A stretch of 64,000 bases of DNA from Verrucomicrobiota bacterium. GTDB lineage: Bacteria; Verrucomicrobiota; Verrucomicrobiia; Limisphaerales; JAEYXS01. Made by a program: the position numbers and the translations under genes. This document shows, in pieces, positions 46,745 to 55,071 of the stretch. The stretch covers positions 77,386 to 141,385 of the forward strand of contig JAEYXS010000065.1 of assembly GCA_023431185.1 (NCBI GenBank), written 5' to 3'. The notes beneath the pieces were generated by a model. It searched no databases, had not been told where the DNA came from, and saw only the letters and a program-made list of their open reading frames with translations. Numbering within the stretch: the first letter of the stretch is position 1; each line of letters begins with the position of its first letter.

Positions 46745-47269
46745 ATGCACTGGAGACTGAAACAGACCAATTTGCTCGATGAACCAGCAGACGTCCTCGT
46801 CTGTTCGGCGAACGTCAGTCTTAATCTGTCTGGCGGGGTAGGGGCGGAATTGCTGGGGCGTTATGGTGACCGGATGCAGAAAAGTTTGCATGCGATCTTG
46901 CACCAACGCAGCCCACGGGCGGCGAAGTGCGGTGAAGTGTTCGCTTATTCAGGTAAGGAGATGCCTTATAAAGCGGTGCTTCATGCCATGGCGATCGACG
47001 GCTGGTATCAGAGCAGTCCGCAGATCATCACCGACATCACCCGCAAAGCGCTGAAGATGGCGGCGGAATTTGAGGCAAGGAAAGTGGCTTTCACGGTCTT
47101 GGCCACAGGTTTTGGCAACCTTTCCCTGGCTGATTTTGCGCAAGGTGTGCGACCGATCTTGAATGATGAATTTCCTCCTGTTGAGGAAGTGATTTTTGGC
47201 TTGCTGCTGGATTTTCAAGTGGCGGAACTGGCTAAACATTTTCCAGAATTAGAAACTTGTAGCGTTTAA
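46745..47269 (+). CDS. macro domain (ADP-ribose-binding/processing) protein embedded in the nuo operon
   Basis: 174 aa. N-x6-GGV motif (NVSLNLSGGVG) and G-x-[YF]-G motif (TGFG). Lies 3 nt after the nuoD stop and 7 nt before the nuoI ATG. Confidence 0.7.
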   Translation: MHWRLKQTNLLDEPADVLVCSANVSLNLSGGVGAELLGRYGDRMQKSLHAILHQRSPRAAKCGEVFAYSGKEMPYKAVLHAMAIDGWYQSSPQIITDITRKALKMAAEFEARKVAFTVLATGFGNLSLADFAQGVRPILNDEFPPVEEVIFGLLLDFQVAELAKHFPELETCSV

Positions 47270-47276
47270 AGAACAA

Positions 47277-47912
47277 ATGCTCGGCGAAGGCATACTGAAA
47301 GGCATGGTGGAAACGGCGAGAAATTTCGCCGGGAGCTACGTGTCCAAAGATCGCCTGACGACGGTCGAGTATCCCGAGCAACGCATCGCCCCGAAAGAGA
47401 ATGCGCGGCAGTTCCCGTTTCTGGTGTTCGACGGTAATGATCCACAAGCGGGCTTGCGTTGTGTGGCGTGCCAGATCTGCGAGAAGGAGTGCCCGCCCAA
47501 GTGCATCTACATCGAGAAGAGCAAAGACAAGAAGCCGGACTTCGTGGGCAAGCCGCAGATTTATCCGGCTACGTTTGATATCGATATCTCCGTCTGCATG
47601 AGCTGCCAGATCTGCGTGGAGGTCTGTCCGTTTGATGCCATCAAGATGGACCAGGCGTATGAACTCTCGAATGATGACCGGTTCGGAGGGTTGCTCTTGC
47701 GCAAGATCGATTTGGCGAAACCAAACGACTATTTTCGCAAGCTGCATCCGAAGGATGCAGCCGAGATCGATGCAGCCAGGGTGACGGCCAAGGAACAGGC
47801 CGAAGCCAAGGCGAAGGCAGATGCGGAGGCGAAGGCCAAAGCAGCGGCGGAAGCAAAAGCGAAAGCGGCAGCACCACCAGTGCCACCAGCGGCTCCGCCC
47901 ACGGGCGCATAA
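47277..47912 (+). CDS. nuoI: complex I subunit I (2x[4Fe-4S]) with an Ala/Lys/Glu- and Pro-rich C-terminal tail
   Basis: CVACQICEKECP and CMSCQICVEVCP ferredoxin motifs. Tail sequence AKEQAEAKAKADAEAKAKAAAEAKAKAAAPPVPPAAPPTGA. Confidence 0.9.
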   Translation: MLGEGILKGMVETARNFAGSYVSKDRLTTVEYPEQRIAPKENARQFPFLVFDGNDPQAGLRCVACQICEKECPPKCIYIEKSKDKKPDFVGKPQIYPATFDIDISVCMSCQICVEVCPFDAIKMDQAYELSNDDRFGGLLLRKIDLAKPNDYFRKLHPKDAAEIDAARVTAKEQAEAKAKADAEAKAKAAAEAKAKAAAPPVPPAAPPTGA

Positions 47913-47924
47913 GGGATCACGGGC

Positions 47925-49130
47925 ATGGATATTGGCGAACTGATAAACCTCATCTTAAAAGACCCCGACCAGGTCTTCGTGCTGACGAAGGCCTTCGTCG
48001 TCGGCAAGTTCCCGGAAGGTGCGCAGCCCCTCGTCTCCATTTTGCTCTCCATCATGCCCATTCTCAGTGTGTTTCCGGGCTTGTTCGCGCTGACGACCAT
48101 CTTGGAACGGAAAGGGCTCGGACGCATTCAGAACCGTCTCGGGCCAAACCGTGTCGGCCCGTTTGGCATCCTGCAACCCGTCGCGGATGGCATCAAGGCG
48201 CTCATCAAGGAGGATGTGGTGCCGCGCGCGGCGGATAAGGTGGTGCATTTCTTGGCCCCAGTGGTGATCGTGATTCCAGTCATCCTTTCCTACGCGGTCT
48301 TGCCGGTAGGCCGAAACATGGTGGCTATCGATCTGGATGCCGGGCTGCTCTTCTTCTTCGCCGTTGGTGCTTCAACGGAACTCGCGGTGTTCATGGCGGG
48401 ATGGTCGAGCCGGAACAAATACTCGCTGCTCGGGGCCATGCGTGCCATCGGGCAGATGATCAGCTATGAGATTCCGCTCATCCTTTCGGCCATCGTCGTG
48501 GTCATGGCTGTCGGATCGCTTTCCACGACTTCCATCGTGGATGCGCAGGCGGGCTATTACGGATGGTTGCCGAATTGGTATGTGTTCACGCCTTGGGGTT
48601 TCGCCGGTTTTCTGCTCTTCGTGACGGCGGCGACGGCAGAATCAAATCGCTCGCCGTTTGATATCCCGGAAGGGGAATCGGAGATCATCGCGGGTTATTT
48701 CGTGGAGTATTCAGGTTTCAAGTTCGCGCTCTTTTTCCTGGGGGAATACCTCGGTCTGTTCGCCGTGAGCGGACTGGCCATCACGCTGTTCCTTGGCGGC
48801 TGGCATGCGCCGTTGCCGTTCTTGGAGTGGATACCCTCGTGGTGCTGGTTCTTTGCCAAGCTGATGTGCTTCATCGTGCTGTTCATCTGGGTACGCGGTA
48901 CGTTGCCGCGCTTGCGGCAGGATCAACTCATGAACTTTGCTTGGAAATTCATGCTGCCGCTCACCCTTATCAATATCTTCGTGGCGGGTATCTGGCGCTT
49001 TTTGGAGCCGGGCATGATGCGCTGGCTCGTTTGCGCAGGTATCTTGGCGGCGGCTTACTTGGTGTTGGGCCGGGGTTTGACGGCTGCCCGGAATGTGGCA
49101 CCCCGGGAATATCGTTACGCGGAAAATTGA
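47925..49130 (+). CDS. nuoH: complex I subunit H
   Basis: ERKGLGRIQNRLGPNRVGPFGILQPVADGIKA signature, 8 or more TM helices, and a ~50-aa N-terminal extension. Confidence 0.9.
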   Translation: MDIGELINLILKDPDQVFVLTKAFVVGKFPEGAQPLVSILLSIMPILSVFPGLFALTTILERKGLGRIQNRLGPNRVGPFGILQPVADGIKALIKEDVVPRAADKVVHFLAPVVIVIPVILSYAVLPVGRNMVAIDLDAGLLFFFAVGASTELAVFMAGWSSRNKYSLLGAMRAIGQMISYEIPLILSAIVVVMAVGSLSTTSIVDAQAGYYGWLPNWYVFTPWGFAGFLLFVTAATAESNRSPFDIPEGESEIIAGYFVEYSGFKFALFFLGEYLGLFAVSGLAITLFLGGWHAPLPFLEWIPSWCWFFAKLMCFIVLFIWVRGTLPRLRQDQLMNFAWKFMLPLTLINIFVAGIWRFLEPGMMRWLVCAGILAAAYLVLGRGLTAARNVAPREYRYAEN

Positions 49131-49136
49131 ACTGAG

Positions 49137-49688
49137 ATGGAACTGGCCTTTGTAATCATAGCGACGATCACGCTCGGGGGAGCGGTGGCGGTGATGTCTT
49201 TGCGTCACTTGGTGCATTGCGCGCTGGCGCTGGTGGTGACGTTCGCAGGTTTGGGGGCGATGTATCTGTTGCTCAGTGCGGAGTTCGTCGCCTTTGTGCA
49301 ATTGCTCGTCTATGTGGGCGCAGTGGCGATCCTGATTGTGTTCGCCTTGTTACTGACGCGGAGTGCAGCAGTGGAGCCACATCAAAGTCTGTTGCAAAGC
49401 AAAGTGGCCGGTATCGGTGTGGCGCTGCTGGCATTCGGCACCATCGTGAGCGCACTGGTTTCCAGTGGCCGCTTTGACAAGACCCAGCTTGCGGCACCAG
49501 CGCTGACGGTGCGACGCATCGGTGAAGAACTGATGACGCGTTACGTGCTGCCCTTGGAGGCCATCGGTCTGTTGCTCACGGCAGCAACGATAGGAGCGGT
49601 GGTGATCGCCATGGAAGAGCGCAAAAGAGCGGACCGGTCGAAGTCCGGAGAGGAGACGGCGCACAACCTGGAGGACAAGCACGGATGA
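49137..49688 (+). CDS. nuoJ: complex I subunit J
   Basis: 183 aa and 5 TM helices. Typical FVAFVQLLVYVGAVAILIVF segment. Confidence 0.85.
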   Translation: MELAFVIIATITLGGAVAVMSLRHLVHCALALVVTFAGLGAMYLLLSAEFVAFVQLLVYVGAVAILIVFALLLTRSAAVEPHQSLLQSKVAGIGVALLAFGTIVSALVSSGRFDKTQLAAPALTVRRIGEELMTRYVLPLEAIGLLLTAATIGAVVIAMEERKRADRSKSGEETAHNLEDKHG

Positions 49689-49990
49689 TCCCGCTGCATT
49701 ACTACCTCATCGTGGCCGCGATGCTCTTTTGCATAGGGCTTGCAGGCGCGTTGATCCGACGCAATGCCATCATGGTGCTGGTGGGCATCGAGTTGATGTT
49801 GAACGCAGCGAATCTGAACTTCATCGCGTTCTGGCGTTACTCGCCGAATCCGGATGGTAATCAGGGTGTGATGTTCGCGATCTTCTCCATCGCCATCGCG
49901 GCAGCGGAGGCGGCGGTGGGGTTGGCACTGATCATCGCGCTTTATCGGCACTATCGCAGCACGGATGTGGCGAAGGAGGATAAGAAGTGA
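49685..49990 (+). CDS. nuoK: complex I subunit K
   Basis: 101 aa, 3 TM helices, GIELMLNAANLNF motif. 4-nt overlaps with both neighbouring genes. Confidence 0.9.
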   Translation: MIPLHYYLIVAAMLFCIGLAGALIRRNAIMVLVGIELMLNAANLNFIAFWRYSPNPDGNQGVMFAIFSIAIAAAEAAVGLALIIALYRHYRSTDVAKEDKK

Positions 49991-52026
49991 TGGATAATGC
50001 CGCCTCTATGCTTTGGTTAATCCCCACGCTGCCGCTGCTGGCAGCGGTGGTGACGACCTTTTTGGGCAAGGAGCAACGTAGCTTGGCATCGGGAGTAGCA
50101 ATTGGCGGCATGGTGGGGGCTTTCTTGCTGTCCGTGAAAGCATTCATGGCGGTATTGGGGCAGCATGGTGTGCCAGTGGTGCATAATTTTCTCTGGCTGG
50201 AGTTCGGTGAAACGCAGATGCAGCTTGGCTGGGTATTAGACCCGTTGAGCGCGATGATGCTGGTGATGGTCACTTTCGTCGGCACGCTGATCTTCATCTT
50301 CAGCATCGGTTACATGGCGCATGATGAGCGGTTCACGCGGTTCTTCTGTTTCCTTTCGTTGTTCGCGGCGGCGATGCTGGGCCTGGTCATCGCGAACAAT
50401 CTGTTGCTGCTCTTCATGTGCTGGGAGCTGGTGGGGCTCGCGTCTTATCTGCTCATCGGCTTTTGGTATCAGAAACCTTCGGCAGCGGCGGCGGCGAAGA
50501 AGGCGTTCATCACAACGCGCATCGGTGATATCGGATTGTTCCTTGGCTTGCTCTGGCTGTATCGCGAAACGGGAACATTGCTCTGCTATGACAATGGTGC
50601 CGGGTGCCTGGAGCAATCGGCACTGACGAAGTTGGTGGGGCAGATCGCTTTCGGCGGCATGGCGGTGAGCACGGCTATTTCACTGCTGCTCTTCTGCGGG
50701 GCAGTGGGCAAGAGCGGTCAGGTGCCGTTGCATGTGTGGTTGCCGGATGCGATGGAAGGCCCGACACCGGTGAGCGCGCTCATCCATGCTGCGACTATGG
50801 TGGCGGCGGGTGTGTTTTTGATGGCACGCGTGTATCCGCTGCTGGCGATGACACCGGATGGACCGGCGAATGATACTACGGCTTTGCAGGTGATTACTTG
50901 GGTGGGAGCGATCACTGCCGTGTTCGCGGCGTTCATCGCCATGGCGCAGACGGACATCAAACGCATCCTGGCTTACTCTACCGTGTCCCAGCTTGGATTG
51001 ATGTTTGTGGGCTTAGGTGTGGGCGGTGTGGCGGTGGGGATGTTTCATCTCATCACGCACGCATTCTTCAAGGCGCTGCTGTTCCTTGGTTCTGGCTCAG
51101 TGATCCATGGCTGCCATGAGGAACAGGACATCCGCAAGATGGGCGGTTTGCGGAAATTCATGCCGGTGACGTTTTACGCTTATGGGGTTGGTATGATCTC
51201 GCTGGCGGGCGTGATTCCGTTCGCTGGTTTCTGGAGCAAGGACGAGATCATGCACAAGGCGCATCAATGGCCTGCTTCGGAGATTCCGTATTACCTCGTT
51301 TTGGTAGGTGCGTTTCTCACGGCGTTCTACATGACGCGGCAGATGGCGTATGTATTCTTTGGGACGAACAGAGCGGCCTCGGATCATGGGCATCATGAAC
51401 CGCATGAAAGCCCGGCGGTGATGACGGTGCCGCTTATTGTTTTGGCTGCGTGCGCGACCTTTATCGGGTTTCTCGGGACACCAGCGTGGCCTTGGTTCGA
51501 ATCATTTGTGCATGGGCATGAAGCGAAGTTTGATTGGGATAAATTGATCCATGCTTTGCCGACGATGTTGACGTCTATCGTTATTGCTGGTGTGGGTATC
51601 GCCGCAGGATGGGGCTACTACGGACGGAAGGCAATCGATACGAGCAAAGCAGATCCATTGCAGGGCTTGTTGCCGAATGTGTATCCGGCGTTGGAGAAAC
51701 GCTTGCTGGTGGATGAGCTTTATGAAGCGACGTTCATCGCGTGGCAGAAGGCTTGGGCCAATGGGTGTGATTGGTTGGAGAAACAAGTTTGGCAGGGTGT
51801 GATGTGGGTGGTGAGTATCGTATCGCAAGTCTTTGGCTGGGTGAATCGCATCATCGACGAGATCGTGATCAATGGCGGCTTCAATGCGAGCTGTGCCAAG
51901 CTGCAAGAATCGGGTGACAAAGTGGAACTGGCGCACCGGGGCGATATTCAACGGGCATTACGTGGGTTGGGCATCGCACTGACGATTCTGGTGCTCTTAC
52001 TGTCATGGGGGTGCAGTAAATCATGA
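49987..52026 (+). CDS. nuoL: complex I subunit L (long, 679 aa)
   Basis: Antiporter-like core (FMCWELVGLASYLLIGFW, GKSGQVPLHVWLPDAMEGPTPVSALIHAATMV) plus an extended C-terminal region. Confidence 0.9.
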   Translation: MMDNAASMLWLIPTLPLLAAVVTTFLGKEQRSLASGVAIGGMVGAFLLSVKAFMAVLGQHGVPVVHNFLWLEFGETQMQLGWVLDPLSAMMLVMVTFVGTLIFIFSIGYMAHDERFTRFFCFLSLFAAAMLGLVIANNLLLLFMCWELVGLASYLLIGFWYQKPSAAAAAKKAFITTRIGDIGLFLGLLWLYRETGTLLCYDNGAGCLEQSALTKLVGQIAFGGMAVSTAISLLLFCGAVGKSGQVPLHVWLPDAMEGPTPVSALIHAATMVAAGVFLMARVYPLLAMTPDGPANDTTALQVITWVGAITAVFAAFIAMAQTDIKRILAYSTVSQLGLMFVGLGVGGVAVGMFHLITHAFFKALLFLGSGSVIHGCHEEQDIRKMGGLRKFMPVTFYAYGVGMISLAGVIPFAGFWSKDEIMHKAHQWPASEIPYYLVLVGAFLTAFYMTRQMAYVFFGTNRAASDHGHHEPHESPAVMTVPLIVLAACATFIGFLGTPAWPWFESFVHGHEAKFDWDKLIHALPTMLTSIVIAGVGIAAGWGYYGRKAIDTSKADPLQGLLPNVYPALEKRLLVDELYEATFIAWQKAWANGCDWLEKQVWQGVMWVVSIVSQVFGWVNRIIDEIVINGGFNASCAKLQESGDKVELAHRGDIQRALRGLGIALTILVLLLSWGCSKS

Positions 52027-53579
52027 ACGGCTTCTCTCCATTGACTTTGCTGATGTTGCTGCCGTTGCTCGGTGGGTGCGTGCTTTTGGGCCTGGAAAAG
52101 CAGCAGCGGGCATTCGCCCGGCATCTGGCGTTCGGGGTGAGCCTGCTCACGCTGGCGCTGACGTTATTCATCGGCAGCCAGTTTGATTCCACGAGCGGGG
52201 AGTTGCAGATGGTGGAGCGGCATGCCTGGATGCCGTCTCTAAACGTAGAGTACTTCGTAGGCGTGGATGGGTTGAGTTTGGTGCTGCTCCTGCTCACGGC
52301 GTTGCTGGTGCCGATGAGCATGCTGGCGGCATGGAAGCAAGAGGAGCGGACATCGCTTTTCTTTGCCCTCATTCTATTCTTACAGGCGGGATTGTTCGGA
52401 ACATTTACGGCGCTGAATTTTATCCATTGGTTTTTGTTCTGGGAGCTGAGTCTCGTGCCGGCGTTCTTCCTCGTGAAGCTCTGGGGTGGGCCGGAGCGGG
52501 GGAAAGCGGCGATCCAATTCTTCGTCTATACGATGGTCGGCAGTGTGGCACTGTTGCTGGCGTTTCTGGGAATGTATCTGGCGGTGGGGACGTTTGATTT
52601 TATCCGGCTGGCTGAGTTGGCAAAGAGCGGCGAATTGATGGCGCGGATGAGTTTGAATCTGGGCTGGTATGATCTGAGCAAGGAGCAACTGGCATTGGTC
52701 ATCGCCTTCGGCGTGTTTCTCGGACTGGCGGTGAAGGTGCCGCTGATGCCCTTCCATGGCTGGTTGCCCAAGACCTATTCCACGGCGCCGGCCGCAGTGA
52801 CGATGCTGCTCACCGGGGCGATGTCCAAGATGGGTGTGTATGGTTTTCTGCGTATTCTTTTGCCGATTTTCCCCGAGCAAATCCTCGCCGTGCAAAACTG
52901 GCTGCTTTGGCTGGCCATCGCGACGATCGTGATGTCCGCACTGGCGGCCTCAGCGCAGACAGATTTGAAGAAGCTGCTGGCGTATTCTTCCATCAATCAC
53001 TTGGGCTATTGTCTGCTGGGTGTTTTTGCCACCGTGTCCAGTGGGACCGGCAACCAAGGATGGTCGGTGGAGGCATCGGCGGTGCTGGGTGGGACGGTTT
53101 TGCAGATGTTCAATCACGGCATCACGGCGGCTTTGCTATTCTGCTTCGTGAGTTATCTGGAGGAGCGGGGAGCCGGGGAAACGAATCTGGCGCGGTTTGG
53201 CGGATTACGTGCGGCGATGCCGGTGTTCTGCGGTTTGATGGGTGTGGCTACGTTTGCTTCGCTAGGTTTGCCGGGCTTGAGCGGTTTCGTGGGCGAGTTC
53301 CTGATCTTCAAAGGTACATTCGGACTGGTCGCGTGGGCGGCGGTACTAGCGACGCCTGGGTTGCTGATCACCGCCATCTTCCTGCTGCGCATGTATCAGC
53401 AGGTGTTTTATGGGCCGCTGCCAGCAACGCATGCAAAGTGGCAAGACCTCGATTTGCGTGAGCGGTTCACAGTATTGCCCGCATTGCTGCTGGTGCTGAT
53501 CTTGGGTGTGTATCCACAACTGTTGATGGGGCTGATCAATCCAACGGTGACACGTTTGGTAGAAGGGCTGGCGAGGTGA
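52023..53579 (+). CDS. nuoM: complex I subunit M, copy 1
   Basis: 518 aa. NuoM/ND4-type antiporter-like subunit (FFLVKLWGG, VKVPLMPFHGWLPKTYSTAPAAVTMLL). Confidence 0.88.
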   Translation: MNGFSPLTLLMLLPLLGGCVLLGLEKQQRAFARHLAFGVSLLTLALTLFIGSQFDSTSGELQMVERHAWMPSLNVEYFVGVDGLSLVLLLLTALLVPMSMLAAWKQEERTSLFFALILFLQAGLFGTFTALNFIHWFLFWELSLVPAFFLVKLWGGPERGKAAIQFFVYTMVGSVALLLAFLGMYLAVGTFDFIRLAELAKSGELMARMSLNLGWYDLSKEQLALVIAFGVFLGLAVKVPLMPFHGWLPKTYSTAPAAVTMLLTGAMSKMGVYGFLRILLPIFPEQILAVQNWLLWLAIATIVMSALAASAQTDLKKLLAYSSINHLGYCLLGVFATVSSGTGNQGWSVEASAVLGGTVLQMFNHGITAALLFCFVSYLEERGAGETNLARFGGLRAAMPVFCGLMGVATFASLGLPGLSGFVGEFLIFKGTFGLVAWAAVLATPGLLITAIFLLRMYQQVFYGPLPATHAKWQDLDLRERFTVLPALLLVLILGVYPQLLMGLINPTVTRLVEGLAR

Positions 53580-53580
53580 T

Positions 53581-55071
53581 ATGAGCGCGCTGCCTTGGAC
53601 CATCTACGCGACGTTTCTGGGAGCCTTGCTGGTGACTTTATTGCCAGCGGGTAATCTGCGGCACATCCGTTTTGCCGCATTAGGAACTGCGCTGGTGGGG
53701 TTGTTCATCGGATTGTATGCGGCGGCAAATTTCGATGCCGCTGAAGGCTTGGTGACACTGAGCAAGCATAAGTGGATTCCGGCCTTTGGTGCCGAATACC
53801 ATCTGGCGGCGGATGGCATCAGTGTGGTGATGGTGCTGCTGACGGGCATCGCAGCGGTGACGGGTGTGCTGTTCTCCTGGAATGTGACACATCGGTTAAA
53901 GGAGTTTTTCGCGTTCTTTTTGCTGCTCATAGGAGCGGTTTATGGGGTGTTTCTGAGTTTCGACCTGTTCCTGTTTTTCGTGTTCTACGAACTGGCGATC
54001 GTGCCGAAGTATTTCCTCGTGGCGATCTGGGGCGGGCAGAATCGCGAGTATGCGGCGATGAAGCTGGTGCTGTATTCCTTTGTAGGCAGTGCGTTGGTGC
54101 TGGTGGGGATTGTGGCGACGCTGGTGGTATCTGGGGGGCAGACAGCGAGCTTGGAAGCATTGGGGCAGATTCAGTTTACGGCATCATTCCAGCACTGGGT
54201 ATTTCCGCTGATGTTCGTGGGATTCGCCATTTTGGCGGGCTTATGGCCGTTTCACACTTGGGCCCCAACAGGCCACGTGGCGGCACCGACGGCGGCGTCC
54301 ATGCTGCTGGCCGGTGTAATCATGAAGTTAGGCGCGTATGGGGCATTGCGCGCAGGAGTCTGCCTGTTCCCGGAGGGATTGCTTGCTTGGCAAAATGTGC
54401 TGGGGTGGCTGGCGGTGATCGGGATCGTTTATGGCGCTTCCGTGGCTTTGGTGCAGAAGGATTTTAAGTTTGTCATCGGCTACTCGAGCGTGAGTCACAT
54501 GGGATTTGTGATCCTGGGACTGGTGAGCATGAACAGCATCGGACTTTCCGGCGCGATCTTGCAGATGTTCTCGCATGGTATCATCGCGGGGCTGCTGTTC
54601 GGTGTGGTCGGGCGCATGGTATATGAGCGAGCGCATACGAGGGACTTGAATGCGCTGCAGGTGATGAACCTCAGCAAAGCATTGCCCTTCGCGGCCGTGA
54701 CGTTTGTGCTGGCGAGCTTGGCCTCGATGGGCTTGCCGGGCTTTAGCGGGTTCGTGGCGGAATTCTCGGTCTTGATCGGGGCATGGGCTTTGGACCCGAC
54801 GAAGGCAGTGGTTGCTGGTGTGGGAATTGTGATCGGTGTGGCGTTCACGCTACGTGCGTTGCAGACGGCGTTCTTCTCGGATGCAGGGCCGGCTGGTGAC
54901 AAACCTCACGAGGAGATGGAGCCGATCACCGTCCCGGAGCGGGCAGGGGCAGTCATCCTGCTGGCGACGACTTTGCTCGTGGGTTTGTATCCGAAAATAC
55001 TCTTGGATCTCATCCAACCGGCTTTGGCTTCGCCGCTTTTTGAGGCGCTCCGGAAAGGAGGTCTGCAATGA
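53581..55071 (+). CDS. nuoM: complex I subunit M, copy 2
   Basis: 496 aa. Also NuoM/ND4-type (YELAIVPKYFLVAIWGG, PFHTWAPTGHVAAPTAASMLLAGV). Distinct from the NuoN that follows. Confidence 0.85.
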   Translation: MSALPWTIYATFLGALLVTLLPAGNLRHIRFAALGTALVGLFIGLYAAANFDAAEGLVTLSKHKWIPAFGAEYHLAADGISVVMVLLTGIAAVTGVLFSWNVTHRLKEFFAFFLLLIGAVYGVFLSFDLFLFFVFYELAIVPKYFLVAIWGGQNREYAAMKLVLYSFVGSALVLVGIVATLVVSGGQTASLEALGQIQFTASFQHWVFPLMFVGFAILAGLWPFHTWAPTGHVAAPTAASMLLAGVIMKLGAYGALRAGVCLFPEGLLAWQNVLGWLAVIGIVYGASVALVQKDFKFVIGYSSVSHMGFVILGLVSMNSIGLSGAILQMFSHGIIAGLLFGVVGRMVYERAHTRDLNALQVMNLSKALPFAAVTFVLASLASMGLPGFSGFVAEFSVLIGAWALDPTKAVVAGVGIVIGVAFTLRALQTAFFSDAGPAGDKPHEEMEPITVPERAGAVILLATTLLVGLYPKILLDLIQPALASPLFEALRKGGLQ

